NCBI GenBank assembly: GCA_023898585.1
Contig: CP060229.1
Coordinates: 594,149-658,148, forward strand
Direction of reading: 5' to 3'
DNA from: Candidatus Nomurabacteria bacterium
Lineage (GTDB): Bacteria; Patescibacteriota; Minisyncoccia; Phycocordibacterales; UBA918
DNA length: 64,000 nt
Made by a program: the position numbers and the translations under genes. The notes beneath the pieces were generated by a model that was not told where the DNA came from, did no database searches, and saw nothing but the letters and a program-made list of their open reading frames with translations. Each line of letters begins with the position of its first letter. Within the stretch, counting starts at the first letter, position 1. Below are positions 1-9,876 of the stretch, piece by piece.

Positions 1-930
1 GGCAGTCTCGAGAACCTAGCGTACTTGCTGAAATTCGATTCGGTTTACGGCCGGAGTCCTTTCTCGGTTGAAACCGAAGAAGGAAAGCTAAAGGTAGACG
101 GCAGAGAAATTGCGTTTGTTCAAGAATCAGACCCGGAAAGATTACCTTGGAAGGATTTGAATATTGATGTAGTAGTCGAATCCACCGGATTCTTTACTTC
201 GTATGAGGGCTCAAAAAAACATCTTACGGCTGGTGCGAAAAAGGTGGTCATTTCCGCACCGGTAAAAGATGATCCGTCAGCGCTTGGTATCAATGGAGCA
301 ACAGTACTGATGGGTGTCAATGACGATCAACTTGAAACTTGCGACATTTCCTCAAACGCCTCCTGTACCACCAACGCGACTAGTCCTTTGATTGCGATTC
401 TCAAAGAAGCGATTGGTATTGAAAAAGCGATTCTTAATACTGTTCATGCCTTCACTGCAACACAATCTCTCGTTGACGGTCCGGTCAAGGGTGATTTTCG
501 AAAGGGAAGAGCTGGTACTTTGAATATTATACCGTCAACAACTGGTGCAGCGGAAGCGACCACCAAGGCTCATATTGAGCTTGAAGGTAAATTTGACGGT
601 ATGGCCATGAGAGTTCCGGTCCCGGTTGGTTCTATCGTGGACGTGACGTTCATTTCCTCCAGGGATACAACTGTCGAGGAAGTAAACAACGCTCTCAAAA
701 AAGCATCGGAAGAAGACCGTTGGGCGAACATCTTTGCAGCTACCGATGAGCCGATCGTTTCTTCCGATATTATCGGTTCCAGGGTGGGATCGATTGCCGA
801 CCTTTCGTTTACGAGGGTGGTAGGGGGTAATTTAGTAAAAGTATTGGCTTGGTACGACAACGAGACCAGCTACACACAGACGTTGATCGAGCATGTAGCG
901 AAAGTGGCAAGAAACTTAGCGAAACAATAA
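1..930 (+). CDS. gap: Glyceraldehyde-3-phosphate dehydrogenase, 5' partial (runs off window start)
   Basis: Frame is open from nt 1. Translation matches the GAPDH catalytic domain (SNASCTTN active-site Cys motif, C-terminal WYDNE). The NAD-binding N-terminus is missing, so the gene is truncated by the window edge. Confidence 0.9.
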   Translation, partial: GSLENLAYLLKFDSVYGRSPFSVETEEGKLKVDGREIAFVQESDPERLPWKDLNIDVVVESTGFFTSYEGSKKHLTAGAKKVVISAPVKDDPSALGINGATVLMGVNDDQLETCDISSNASCTTNATSPLIAILKEAIGIEKAILNTVHAFTATQSLVDGPVKGDFRKGRAGTLNIIPSTTGAAEATTKAHIELEGKFDGMAMRVPVPVGSIVDVTFISSRDTTVEEVNNALKKASEEDRWANIFAATDEPIVSSDIIGSRVGSIADLSFTRVVGGNLVKVLAWYDNETSYTQTLIEHVAKVARNLAKQ

Positions 931-947
931 AACACTAATATTTATTC

Positions 948-1412
948 ATGATCGTACACTTGGCATCAGATCACGCAGGCTTTTATCACAAAGAGGCCGT
1001 TCAGGTGTGGTTGATGGACGAAGGTTATAAAATTGTCGATCATGGTGCAGTATCTTTGGATAATGAAGATGATTTTCCGGATTTTATTTCCAAAGCAGCG
1101 CTCGCTGTAAGTCGAAAACCGGAAAAGGACAAAGCGATAATTTTTGGCGGTTCCGGTCAGGGCGAGGCGATTATGGCCAACCGTTTCCCTCAAGTCAGGG
1201 CGGCCGTTTTTTACGGAGGCGATAATTCCATCCCTGCTCTTTCGCGTCAGCATAACAACTCTAATGTGCTTTCGATCGGGGCACGTTTCATCAGTGTTGA
1301 TCTCACTAAGCAAGTAATATGGGAATGGTTGCACACAGAGCCATTACCACTGATTAAATATAAAAGACGCAATCAAAAGATCGAAGAAATAACTAAAAAA
1401 ATACAGCCATGA
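948..1412 (+). CDS. rpiB: Ribose-5-phosphate isomerase B (RpiB/LacAB family)
   Basis: 154 aa. MIVHLASDHAGF...FGGSGQGEAIMANR matches the RpiB fold. Its TGA stop overlaps the next start as ATGA. Confidence 0.85.
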   Translation: MIVHLASDHAGFYHKEAVQVWLMDEGYKIVDHGAVSLDNEDDFPDFISKAALAVSRKPEKDKAIIFGGSGQGEAIMANRFPQVRAAVFYGGDNSIPALSRQHNNSNVLSIGARFISVDLTKQVIWEWLHTEPLPLIKYKRRNQKIEEITKKIQP

Positions 1413-2065
1413 CTTACGTACCTATTGTTCCGGCAGTTATTCCTTCCAGTTTAGATGAAATAATCAAATATGCGGAAAACTTGTCTTTTTCACCGGAGTT
1501 CCATCTGGACTTGGTTGATGGTAAATTTGTTCCAACCATATCTTGGCCTTACGAGCCTATAGACGACATTCTTTCTGTAAAACCATATTTGGATTTCTTT
1601 ACTCTCGAGGTTGATTTGATGGTAGCTGAACCAATTTCTGTAGCGGAAGAATGGGTAAGGGCGGGGGCGGATATGTTGGTCTTTCATGTCGAGACACTTT
1701 CCCTCGATGATTTTAAGCTGATTGTCGAAGAGACAAAAATTTCGGTGGGGGTAAGTGCTCACGGCGACACCCCGCTTAATAAACTGATTGAATATGCCCG
1801 TTACGCAGATTATATTCAACTGATGGGTATCCATGAAATTGGTTCCCAAGGTCAGCCTTTTGACGAGGATGTGTTGAGAAAAATTGCAGAACTTAAGAAA
1901 GTATTTCCGGAAAAATCCATAACGGTAGACGGCAGTGTTAACAAAAATACGATCAGGCGTATTTATGATGCCGGAGCAGATCGTTTTATTTGTGGTTCAG
2001 CCATTGTCTTACAGCCTGATCCGGCCAAAGCACACAGCGAATTATTAAGTCTTATTAACGAGTAA
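1409..2065 (+). CDS. rpe: Ribulose-phosphate 3-epimerase-like (TIM barrel)
   Basis: 218 aa with HLDLVDGKFVP, similar to the HxDxMDGxFVPN motif of Rpe. Sits in the pentose-phosphate context between rpiB and tkt. Confidence 0.65.
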   Translation: MTYVPIVPAVIPSSLDEIIKYAENLSFSPEFHLDLVDGKFVPTISWPYEPIDDILSVKPYLDFFTLEVDLMVAEPISVAEEWVRAGADMLVFHVETLSLDDFKLIVEETKISVGVSAHGDTPLNKLIEYARYADYIQLMGIHEIGSQGQPFDEDVLRKIAELKKVFPEKSITVDGSVNKNTIRRIYDAGADRFICGSAIVLQPDPAKAHSELLSLINE

Positions 2066-2108
2066 AATTTCACCCTCGCGATAAAGGTTGTTATACTACT
2101 AGAACATT

Positions 2109-3005
2109 ATGCGGTATCTTACTTCTGAAGAAATAAAGGCGCTTGAGCAGAAAGCGAATACACTTCGACAGAGTGTGATCGAAATGTTAACCGAAGCTGG
2201 CAGTGGACACACCGCCGGTCCGCTTGGTATGGCTGATGTTTTCACCCTGCTTTATTTTGGGGTACTAAAACACGATCCGAAAAACCCGGATTGGGAAGAA
2301 AGGGACAGAGTAGTCTTGTCTAATGGTCATATCTGTCCGATTTTGTATGCCACTTTAGCTCATGCCGGCTACTTTCCGGTTGAAGAACTCATGACTTTGC
2401 GCAAGCTTGGTTCACGTCTCCAGGGTCATCCTCACAGGGGAACGTTACCCGGAGTAGAAACCAGCTCAGGACCGCTAGGGTCGGGTTTGTCGCAGGCGGT
2501 TGGCATGGCTCTGGCGGAGAGGATAGACAATCCCTATTCTTCCAAATTCATTTATTGTTTAACCGGCGATGGGGAATTGGATGAGGGTCAGATTTGGGAA
2601 GCTTTGATGTTAGCCGGAAAAGAAAAACTAAACAATCTGATCATGATTATTGACCGTAACGGTATTCAGATTGATGGTTACACCAAAGACATCATGCCAC
2701 TAGAGCCTTTGGCGGAAAAGCTTGAATCATTTAATTTTGATGTGCAAGAGGTTGATGGGCACAACATAAGAGCCTTGAATGACGCTATCGGTAAAGCACA
2801 GTCGGTATACAGTCAACCATCAGTCATTATTGCTCATACTGTCGCCTCGAAAGGAGTTGATGTGTTTGAGAGAGACTTCAGGTGGCATGGCAATCCTCCC
2901 GGGAAAGGACCGGAGGACAGGGTGAGTAAAGGCGAGCAAGAAGCAGTGGCACTGAGAAAACTCAGAACATTAGCCGGAACTATTGAACCTCAAGATATTT
3001 CATAA
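2109..3005 (+). CDS. tkt: Transketolase, N-terminal (TPP-binding) subunit of a split enzyme
   Basis: GSGHTAGPLGMADV...NGHICPILYATLAHAGYF...GDGELDEGQIWEA are typical of the transketolase N-terminal section. Confidence 0.9.
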   Translation: MRYLTSEEIKALEQKANTLRQSVIEMLTEAGSGHTAGPLGMADVFTLLYFGVLKHDPKNPDWEERDRVVLSNGHICPILYATLAHAGYFPVEELMTLRKLGSRLQGHPHRGTLPGVETSSGPLGSGLSQAVGMALAERIDNPYSSKFIYCLTGDGELDEGQIWEALMLAGKEKLNNLIMIIDRNGIQIDGYTKDIMPLEPLAEKLESFNFDVQEVDGHNIRALNDAIGKAQSVYSQPSVIIAHTVASKGVDVFERDFRWHGNPPGKGPEDRVSKGEQEAVALRKLRTLAGTIEPQDIS

Positions 3006-3008
3006 ATT

Positions 3009-3992
3009 ATGTTTGCTAACCATCTACAACAAAATCTATCAGAAGAAACGGTAGAAAAAATACCAAACAGAAACGGTTACGGAGACGGGCTGTTGGAAGC
3101 GGGGAAGCGCGACGAGAGGGTCGTTGCCTTATGTTGCGATCTGACAGAGTCCACTCGCACCAATTTGTTTGCGGAGGAGTTTCCGAACCGCTTTATCCAG
3201 GTAGGTATTGCTGAACAAAACATGGCTTCTGTCGGCTCGGGAATGGCCTCTATGGGCAAGATTCCTTTTATCGCTTCTTACGCTATGTTTTCACCGGGCA
3301 GAAATTGGGAACAAGTCCGCACCACCATTGCTTACAACAATAGTAATGTAAAAATAGTCGGGGCTCACGCCGGTATCTCAGTCGGACCCGACGGTGCTAC
3401 TCATCAAGCGATTGAGGACATTGCCATTATGAGAGTAATTCCTAACATGGTTGTGATTGCTCCTTCTGATATCCACGAAGCGCGCAAGGTTACTTTAGCG
3501 GCTTCCAAGTACGATGGCCCGGTATATTTTCGTGTGGGGCGAAGTGCGGTGCCGGTTGTTACTACTCCTGAATCACCGTTTGAAATCGGGAAAGCTTACC
3601 GGATGTACTCAAGAAACGAATCACACGAACGTAAAGTGGGTATAGTGGTGACCGGTTCATTGCTCTTTAACGCGCTGATGGTAGCTGATAAATTAAACAA
3701 GGAAAATGTAGGCGTTTCGGTTCTGCATATGCCGACTATTAAGCCGTTAGACACCGAAGCTCTGGAGTCTTTTGCGGTCGAACATGGAGTCTTGGTAACA
3801 ATGGAAGAGCATAGTATCATCGGTGGTCTTGGTGGTGCGGTCGCTGAACATCTGTCAGAAACAGTCCCAACAAAAATTGTCAGAATGGGAATAAAGGATG
3901 TGTTTGGTGAGTCCGGAGAACCGGACGAGTTGATTTCTCACTTTGGTCTTGATGTGAAAAGTCTTATAAGTGCGATAAAGATGTTGGTCTAA
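3009..3992 (+). CDS. tkt: Transketolase, C-terminal (pyrimidine-binding) subunit
   Basis: GIAEQNMASVGSGMA...FSPGRNWEQVR present. Starts 4 nt after the N-terminal subunit's stop. Confidence 0.9.
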   Translation: MFANHLQQNLSEETVEKIPNRNGYGDGLLEAGKRDERVVALCCDLTESTRTNLFAEEFPNRFIQVGIAEQNMASVGSGMASMGKIPFIASYAMFSPGRNWEQVRTTIAYNNSNVKIVGAHAGISVGPDGATHQAIEDIAIMRVIPNMVVIAPSDIHEARKVTLAASKYDGPVYFRVGRSAVPVVTTPESPFEIGKAYRMYSRNESHERKVGIVVTGSLLFNALMVADKLNKENVGVSVLHMPTIKPLDTEALESFAVEHGVLVTMEEHSIIGGLGGAVAEHLSETVPTKIVRMGIKDVFGESGEPDELISHFGLDVKSLISAIKMLV

Positions 3993-4066
3993 GAAACTAC
4001 ATTAACTCTTTTCATTGTCCATACCTATCTAATATCTTGGGTAAGTTAAGCGAAAATCTTAACCTC

Positions 4067-5077
4067 TCAATTAACCTTACTAGCTACGTACTCATCAGGG
4101 CGATTGGCCAAAAGTTCTTCCAATTCCTCGCGCGTTAAAAGCCCTGTTTGGGCGCCGATATGTTGCACTACATTCATGGAATTGATTGGTCCCCAAGACA
4201 ATGCTTCAGCCGGATCTTTGCCTAGTATGATGGCTGAGGTGAAGGTGGATGAGAAAGAGTCTCCAGCTCCAGTACGGTCAACCGGCGGGGCGGGGTCCGG
4301 ATACATCGGCATGTACCAAGCTTGGTCATCAGTGTCTACAGTGTAGGCGCCATTTGGACCGTCGGTAATAACAGGAATCGTAGGACCGAGTTCTCTGATG
4401 GCGCGAATAAGAGTAGGAATATGCTGTTCGTCGGTTTTTAATATTTCTTGCGCTTCTTCTTTGTTACAGAAGAATATTTCCGTGTTTTTGTAAACGTCGG
4501 AAATCTCCTCAATTCCGACTTTAATCTGAAAAGTTCCCGGCTGGAACGCCAATTTGGTCTCATTGTTTTTTACGTATTCGGCGATTTCGTGGTGATAGGG
4601 TATGCCGTGTTCGCCAACCGAGGAAAAGTAAAAGAATTTCGGTGCGACTGGGAAGTCGGGTAAGGAATAAGGATAATGTTCGTGGTTGATGAGAATGGTT
4701 CTTTCCGGTCCGTAGCGAAGGACGTAATGGTAATTGGTCACTTTGCCTTCATGAATTTTTACAAAATCAGTGTACACGCCCTCTTTCCGTAAAGCTTCCA
4801 AACATTCTTTGCCAAACTTGTCATGACCCAAGTTTGTGACCAATCCTGTCTCGAGACCCAATCTATGAGCGGAAACAGAGGCGTTTGGCGAATTGCCGAC
4901 TGCCGGTATTACCACTACGTTATCGTAGGGTAACTTACTTCCAAAAGGCATGTGGAGGGTTTTTCTGCCTGTGTCTAAATCGACCGAAACATCCGCCTGA
5001 TCTATATTTAACTGTATAAACGCATCAATGAGAATATCTCCGATCGCGACAAAATCATATTGTTGTGACATATACAA
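4067..5077 (-). CDS. PfkB-family carbohydrate kinase (ribokinase-like)
   Basis: 336 aa. N-terminal DFVAIGDILID and C-terminal TGAGDSFSSTF (PfkB signature 2). Confidence 0.75.
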   Translation of the reverse strand: MYMSQQYDFVAIGDILIDAFIQLNIDQADVSVDLDTGRKTLHMPFGSKLPYDNVVVIPAVGNSPNASVSAHRLGLETGLVTNLGHDKFGKECLEALRKEGVYTDFVKIHEGKVTNYHYVLRYGPERTILINHEHYPYSLPDFPVAPKFFYFSSVGEHGIPYHHEIAEYVKNNETKLAFQPGTFQIKVGIEEISDVYKNTEIFFCNKEEAQEILKTDEQHIPTLIRAIRELGPTIPVITDGPNGAYTVDTDDQAWYMPMYPDPAPPVDRTGAGDSFSSTFTSAIILGKDPAEALSWGPINSMNVVQHIGAQTGLLTREELEELLANRPDEYVASKVN

Positions 5078-5154
5078 TTGAGTATACCATCCGCGTCCGA
5101 CGTCAAGGCTTCAAATTACTTCACATTTCGGGGGATTATGCTAGGCTATTTCGC

Positions 5155-5802
5155 ATGACTATAACATTATCTGTCACTAAACGTGACGAAGCGACAACAA
5201 CGGATAAATTAAGAGCTAACGGCATTGTACCGGCGGTGGTTTATGGGCCTAAGCAAGAGCCTGTTCATATCGCGATTGACGGTAGAGAATTTGATAAAGT
5301 GAGAAAAGAAGCGGGGGAATCGACCATTGTTGAACTGACAGGTTTGGAAAAACCCATCGAAGTGTTGATAAAAGAAGTGGATTTTAATCCGCTAAAACAG
5401 CAGATCATGCACGCTGATTTTTATGCTATTGAAAGAGGTAAAGAAATGACGGTTCATGTCGGGCTTGAGTTTATTGGTGAGGCACCAGTCGAGAGTTCTC
5501 GCGCCGGTTCTGTTACCAAAGTTCTTCATGAAATTGAAGTAACTTGTCTACCAAGAAATCTCCCGTCTCATATAGACGTAGACATCAGTTCGCTAGTTGA
5601 GGTGACAGACAAGATTCATGTCAGCGATCTTAACATACCGGAAGGAGTGACTGTCGAAGGTGATTTGGATGATATCGTCGCGGTTGTTAGTGTAACTAAG
5701 GAAACATCCGAAGAGGAAGACACAGACTCGTCAGTTGACATGGACTCAATCGAGGTTGAATCAAAAGGAAAAATCGCCGAAGGTGAGGAGGATAAGTCAT
5801 AA
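5155..5802 (+). CDS. rplY: Ribosomal protein bL25 / general stress protein Ctc, with an acidic C-terminal tail
   Basis: MTITLSVTKRDE...ANGIVPAVVYGPKQEPVHIAIDGREF is L25-like. The ORF-track start at 5065 overlaps pfkB, so the internal ATG at 5155 was chosen. Confidence 0.8.
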   Translation: MTITLSVTKRDEATTTDKLRANGIVPAVVYGPKQEPVHIAIDGREFDKVRKEAGESTIVELTGLEKPIEVLIKEVDFNPLKQQIMHADFYAIERGKEMTVHVGLEFIGEAPVESSRAGSVTKVLHEIEVTCLPRNLPSHIDVDISSLVEVTDKIHVSDLNIPEGVTVEGDLDDIVAVVSVTKETSEEEDTDSSVDMDSIEVESKGKIAEGEEDKS

Positions 5803-5851
5803 TAACTTTCTCATCCAGACACACTGAATAAAATTCTGATATAATACCGGT

Positions 5852-7213
5852 ATGGCACGAACGTTTCTGTCCGGTATTTTGGTTTTGACTTTTATAATTT
5901 CACCGTTTGTTGTGTTGGGTGAAACCGAGAAAGAACGTCGAACCAGGTTGGAGACCGAACTACAGAATGTAGAAAGACAAATACTGACACAGCAAAGATT
6001 GGTTGAAGACAAGCAACAAGAAAGACAATCTCTCGAAAGGGATATATCAATCATCGAAGGTGAGATAAAAAAGACCCAGCTTGGTATTCAAGCGAGAGCG
6101 GTTGCGATTGAACAGTTATCCGACCAGATTGGTGAGAAAGAAGTTGTCTTGGATATACTATCCGACAAGTTGAAACGACAAAAAGTGTCTCTCGCCGATT
6201 TGGTGCGTAAGTCAGCTTTGCTTGAAGACTACTCATTGGTGGAGGTTATGTTGAGCAAACAAAGCTTCTCGGAATTTTTTACTGATGTGGCAACTTACCA
6301 AGCCATTAAAGAATCACTCAATGAATCACTGGCAGTTCTCCACGGTATCAGGCGTGACACGGTTGAACAAAAGAATGAACTGGAAAACAAGCAAGAGACG
6401 GAGGCTGAGATGAAAAGAATTCAGGAATTGCAGAAAAAAGAAATCGAAACAAAAGAAAGAGAGAAGACTCGGATTTTGACGGTTACAAAGGGTCAAGAAG
6501 AAGCTTATCAGACGTTGTTGGAATCACAACAGAGAACAGCCTCTCAGTTAAGAAGTGCTCTTTTTGAACTCTTGGGTGGGGGAGGCGGTATTCCGTTTCC
6601 GGAGGCTGTTAGTCTTGCTCAGTATGCGTCGCGCGTGACCGGGGTTGAAGCCACTTTGATTTTGGCGATTTTGGAACAAGAAACCAACATCGGCTCTAAT
6701 CTTGGTAGCTGTCTCTTTACCGATAGTCACAGCTCGCGACCGGTTATGCATCCGACTCGTGACGAACCAGTCTTTTTGGCCATTGCCGGAATACTTGGTT
6801 TTGATCCTTATTCGAGAACGGTGTCTTGTCCGATTATGCAAAATGGTTCGCGAGTCGGTTGGGGTGGCGCAATGGGACCGTCACAATTTATTCCTTCGAC
6901 CTGGGCAATTTATGGCGGTATCATAAATATTGGTGGTAATTGGGTGTACGACAAAGGCGCAGATGCGATTCGAAAAATTAACGGAAACAATACCCCAGCC
7001 AATCCTTTCAATAACAAAGACGCTTTTATCGCCACAGCACTTTTGCTACGCGACAATGGCGCCAACGGTAGCTACGGTGGAGATCGTCTCGCGGCGCTTC
7101 GTTATTACGCCGGTTGGGGCGGAGCATCTAATCCGGCTAACGCCTTCTACGGTGATCAGGTGATGAATCGTAAAGCCAGGCTCGCGAATGAGATTAAGAT
7201 TTTGGGGTCTTAA
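5852..7213 (+). CDS. Membrane-anchored lytic murein transglycosylase (MltB/SLT_2-like) with N-terminal coiled coil
   Basis: N-terminal TM segment, then about 200 aa of heptad-rich E/K/Q sequence. The C-terminal domain carries AMGPSQFIPSTW (MltB GPMQFMPSTW motif). Confidence 0.7.
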   Translation: MARTFLSGILVLTFIISPFVVLGETEKERRTRLETELQNVERQILTQQRLVEDKQQERQSLERDISIIEGEIKKTQLGIQARAVAIEQLSDQIGEKEVVLDILSDKLKRQKVSLADLVRKSALLEDYSLVEVMLSKQSFSEFFTDVATYQAIKESLNESLAVLHGIRRDTVEQKNELENKQETEAEMKRIQELQKKEIETKEREKTRILTVTKGQEEAYQTLLESQQRTASQLRSALFELLGGGGGIPFPEAVSLAQYASRVTGVEATLILAILEQETNIGSNLGSCLFTDSHSSRPVMHPTRDEPVFLAIAGILGFDPYSRTVSCPIMQNGSRVGWGGAMGPSQFIPSTWAIYGGIINIGGNWVYDKGADAIRKINGNNTPANPFNNKDAFIATALLLRDNGANGSYGGDRLAALRYYAGWGGASNPANAFYGDQVMNRKARLANEIKILGS

Positions 7214-7280
7214 AACTTTACTTCGGAGTTAAGAGTCGTTACTGTTAAGAGTAGTATAAGTTGGGCAAGGAGAAAATATT

Positions 7281-7550
7281 GTGTACGTTAAAGTAAGAGA
7301 TGTGTTAAAGATGTTCTTGGATACTTTGGATCCAGAATCAGATCAGGATCAAAGAAATTTCATAAATATAGTCCGCACTGCAATTAATGAGGAGTCTCAT
7401 TTGTATTACGAAAAGAGTAATTTGTTGGAAGCCATCCTTTCAAATATTGTAAGTACTAATGAAGGAGGTCGTATATCAGATCCATTGAATTCGATGTTAC
7501 TCGCTATGCAGATAGCTACTTGGGTGAATAGTGCAAGTCATGTCAAATAA
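7281..7550 (+). CDS. Hypothetical protein (89 aa)
   Basis: GTG start 7 nt after an AGGAG RBS. No family recognised. Confidence 0.4.
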   Translation: MYVKVRDVLKMFLDTLDPESDQDQRNFINIVRTAINEESHLYYEKSNLLEAILSNIVSTNEGGRISDPLNSMLLAMQIATWVNSASHVK

Positions 7551-7658
7551 TACTTTAGACAAGGCCACCACGGAAGGTGGCTATTGCTTGTTGTCAAAAT
7601 CGAAACATTTGCTATAGTGTCGCCACAAAAAGTAGGTGTGTTTAATTATTATATTCCG

Positions 7659-7699
7659 GTAGCTGGCGGGAAAAATCAAAGATTTTTCCCGCCAGCTAC
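7659..7699 (+). promoter_or_regulatory. Perfect 19-bp-stem hairpin (GTAGCTGGCGGGAAAAATC-aaa-GATTTTTCCCGCCAGCTAC) 27 nt upstream of rpmE, with no U-run
   Basis: The two arms are perfectly complementary by direct reading. No T-run follows, so it is not an intrinsic terminator. Could be a leader structure or a dimeric-regulator site. Confidence 0.5.
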
Positions 7700-7725
7700 A
7701 CCGAATACGCCGAAGTATTTGTAAT

Positions 7726-7995
7726 ATGAAAAAAGACATTCATCCCAAAAATTATCGCAAAGTAATCTTTCATGATAATTCCAGTGGCGAGCGCTTTCTG
7801 ATCGGTTCTACCGTGGAAACCAGCGCCACCGACAAATGGACCGATGGTAAAGAGTATTCACTAAAACAAGTTGATGTAACAAGTGCATCACATCCGTTTT
7901 ACACCGGACAAGAAAAAGTTATGGATACCGCCGGTCGCGTTGATCGTTTCAAGCAACGTGCATCAAAGGTCAGAGACAGAAAGAGTAAATCTTAA
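7726..7995 (+). CDS. rpmE: Ribosomal protein bL31, type B (no Cys zinc ribbon)
   Basis: [13 protein letters not shown]...HPFYTG...GRVDRFKQR. No CxxC pairs. Confidence 0.9.
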   Translation: MKKDIHPKNYRKVIFHDNSSGERFLIGSTVETSATDKWTDGKEYSLKQVDVTSASHPFYTGQEKVMDTAGRVDRFKQRASKVRDRKSKS

Positions 7996-8007
7996 ATACA
8001 AGTTAAG

Positions 8008-8041
8008 ATGTGTCACAGGTGCAAATCTGTGACACATTTTC
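8008..8041 (+). terminator. Intrinsic terminator after rpmE
   Basis: ATGTGTCACAG-gtgcaaat-CTGTGACACAT followed by TTTT. Confidence 0.75.
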
Positions 8042-8113
8042 AATTAGGTTCTATAGAAAAAATCGAAGTTGGTATTACTGTCTTGCTTGATATTGTAACA
8101 AGATTAAGTACTA

Positions 8114-9094
8114 TTGATTCACGATATGGAATTCGATACCGAAAAGCTGAAAGAATTTAAGAACAATCAAAAAACGCAGTTCTTGGCGTCGCAGTTTGAG
8201 AGTGAGCTGGAGAAATTGAGGGAAGCGGAAGAATTGGCTTGTAGCGACCCGGAAATGGCCGAGCTGGCTAGGGAAGAAATTGCAACTCTCACTAAACAAC
8301 TGGAAGGACAGTTTTCTGACATGGATAAAATTATCGAGTCCGACAAAGAGGAAGAGACAAAACCATACGGAGTGATGCTCGAAGTAAGAGCCGGGGCCGG
8401 AGGAGACGAAGCGTCACTTTTTGCTACTGAATTGGCAAACATGTATTTAAAGTATGCCGAGCTTAACAATTGGCCGACTTTTCGCTCTCACGTATCGGCA
8501 ACCGAGGCCGGGGGATATAAAGAGGCTTCTTTTGAAATAATGGGTAAAGACGTCTATGATCACTTGAGATATGAAACCGGTGTCCATCGAGTACAGAGGA
8601 TACCGGCGACTGAAAAACAGGGAAGAATTCACACTTCAACCGCTTCGGTTGCTATACTGCCAATGCGTAAAAAATCCACCATCGAGATTAATCCCGGAGA
8701 CATCGATATGGAGTTTTCGAGATCAGGTGGGGCCGGCGGACAAAACGTTAATAAGGTGGAGTCCGCGGTACGATTAATCCACCGTCCGACGGGAATTGAT
8801 GTTCGATGTGAAAGTGACAGAACACAACTTAAGAACAGAATCAAAGCTATGGAAATGCTAACCGCTAAGCTTGAAGCGCTTCATGAGGAAGAGGAAGCGA
8901 AGAAACACGCTGAAACTCGCAAGAATCAAATCGGCACCGGAGATCGTTCAGAAAAAATCCGTACCTATAATTTCCCGCAAAACCGTATTACCGATCATAG
9001 AATCAAACAGTCATGGCACACTATAGAATCAACTTTAGCGGGAAACATAGCACCTATTGTTGAAGCTTTGCGTATGGTGGCTACGGAGGAATAG
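8114..9094 (+). CDS. prfA: Peptide chain release factor 1
   Basis: PAT tripeptide (RIPATE) rather than SPF, and the GGQ motif ([14 protein letters not shown]). Global similarity to RF1. Confidence 0.9.
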   Translation: MIHDMEFDTEKLKEFKNNQKTQFLASQFESELEKLREAEELACSDPEMAELAREEIATLTKQLEGQFSDMDKIIESDKEEETKPYGVMLEVRAGAGGDEASLFATELANMYLKYAELNNWPTFRSHVSATEAGGYKEASFEIMGKDVYDHLRYETGVHRVQRIPATEKQGRIHTSTASVAILPMRKKSTIEINPGDIDMEFSRSGGAGGQNVNKVESAVRLIHRPTGIDVRCESDRTQLKNRIKAMEMLTAKLEALHEEEEAKKHAETRKNQIGTGDRSEKIRTYNFPQNRITDHRIKQSWHTIESTLAGNIAPIVEALRMVATEE

Positions 9095-9207
9095 GCAAAC
9101 TAATCTCACGAACAGCAGTCAATCAGACTGACTATTGCTTTTTATGGTATTTGTTGTATAGTATCTGGGGAGAAGAAATAACTTTTCAATTATTGAGGAG
9201 AGCTAAG

Positions 9208-9594
9208 ATGGACACATACGATGAGATTGAAAGTTTGCTGGACGAATTCGAGCAATGCTTGCTGGATGGATATGGAGAGGATCCTATCGATCCGGGCAGA
9301 GTCTCTATACTGTTTTTTTTCTTAAAACCTGTTGGTGAACTCGTGGGTATCGGTGCAGAGGTTGTTCCACACCTCCAACAGCGCTTGGAGAAGTTAGTCG
9401 GCCATGATAAGGATCATATTCTAAATCAAAGTAATAGCAGACAAACCTCGTATATAGGTTACTTGATTTTAGCTGATGTGTTGAGTTTATTGCCTGACGT
9501 CGAGATATCTCAACCTTTAAGTCAGTTAATCGAGGGTGCCGGTGCAACTTACTTTAGAGACAGAATCCATCTCTTTAGACAGCGACGAGTTTAG
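9208..9594 (+). CDS. Hypothetical protein (129 aa)
   Basis: ATG 8 nt after GAGGAG. No recognised domain. Confidence 0.4.
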   Translation: MDTYDEIESLLDEFEQCLLDGYGEDPIDPGRVSILFFFLKPVGELVGIGAEVVPHLQQRLEKLVGHDKDHILNQSNSRQTSYIGYLILADVLSLLPDVEISQPLSQLIEGAGATYFRDRIHLFRQRRV

Positions 9595-9685
9595 TTCGTT
9601 TCGTCTGAATGAATGGGCCGGAATTGTCTTAGACAGTCCGGCCTTTTTCTTTCCTGAAAACGGTTTGTAATTCAAAATTTTTAAT

Positions 9686-9714
9686 TTGCGTTCAAGAATT
9701 GGCTGTGGTACTAT
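9686..9714 (+). promoter_or_regulatory. Sigma70-like promoter (TTGCGT-17-TACTAT) feeding a roughly 160-nt rpsB leader
   Basis: -35 and -10 hexamers with 17-nt spacing, read directly. It follows a terminator hairpin (GGCCGGA...TCCGGCC plus T-run) at about 9620-9655. Confidence 0.5.
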
Positions 9715-9876
9715 CTCGCGACTAGCGTGTTACCTGGGTTTTTGTATTACAAACCCACGTAGCGCTTTTAAGACCCAGACCGCCATTCTTGTAATGATCG
9801 GTTGTCTAGACCAGGAGTGTTTTATTATTAACTTTCATTCCGGATCAGAATCTCACATGGGTCGCTATAAATTATT

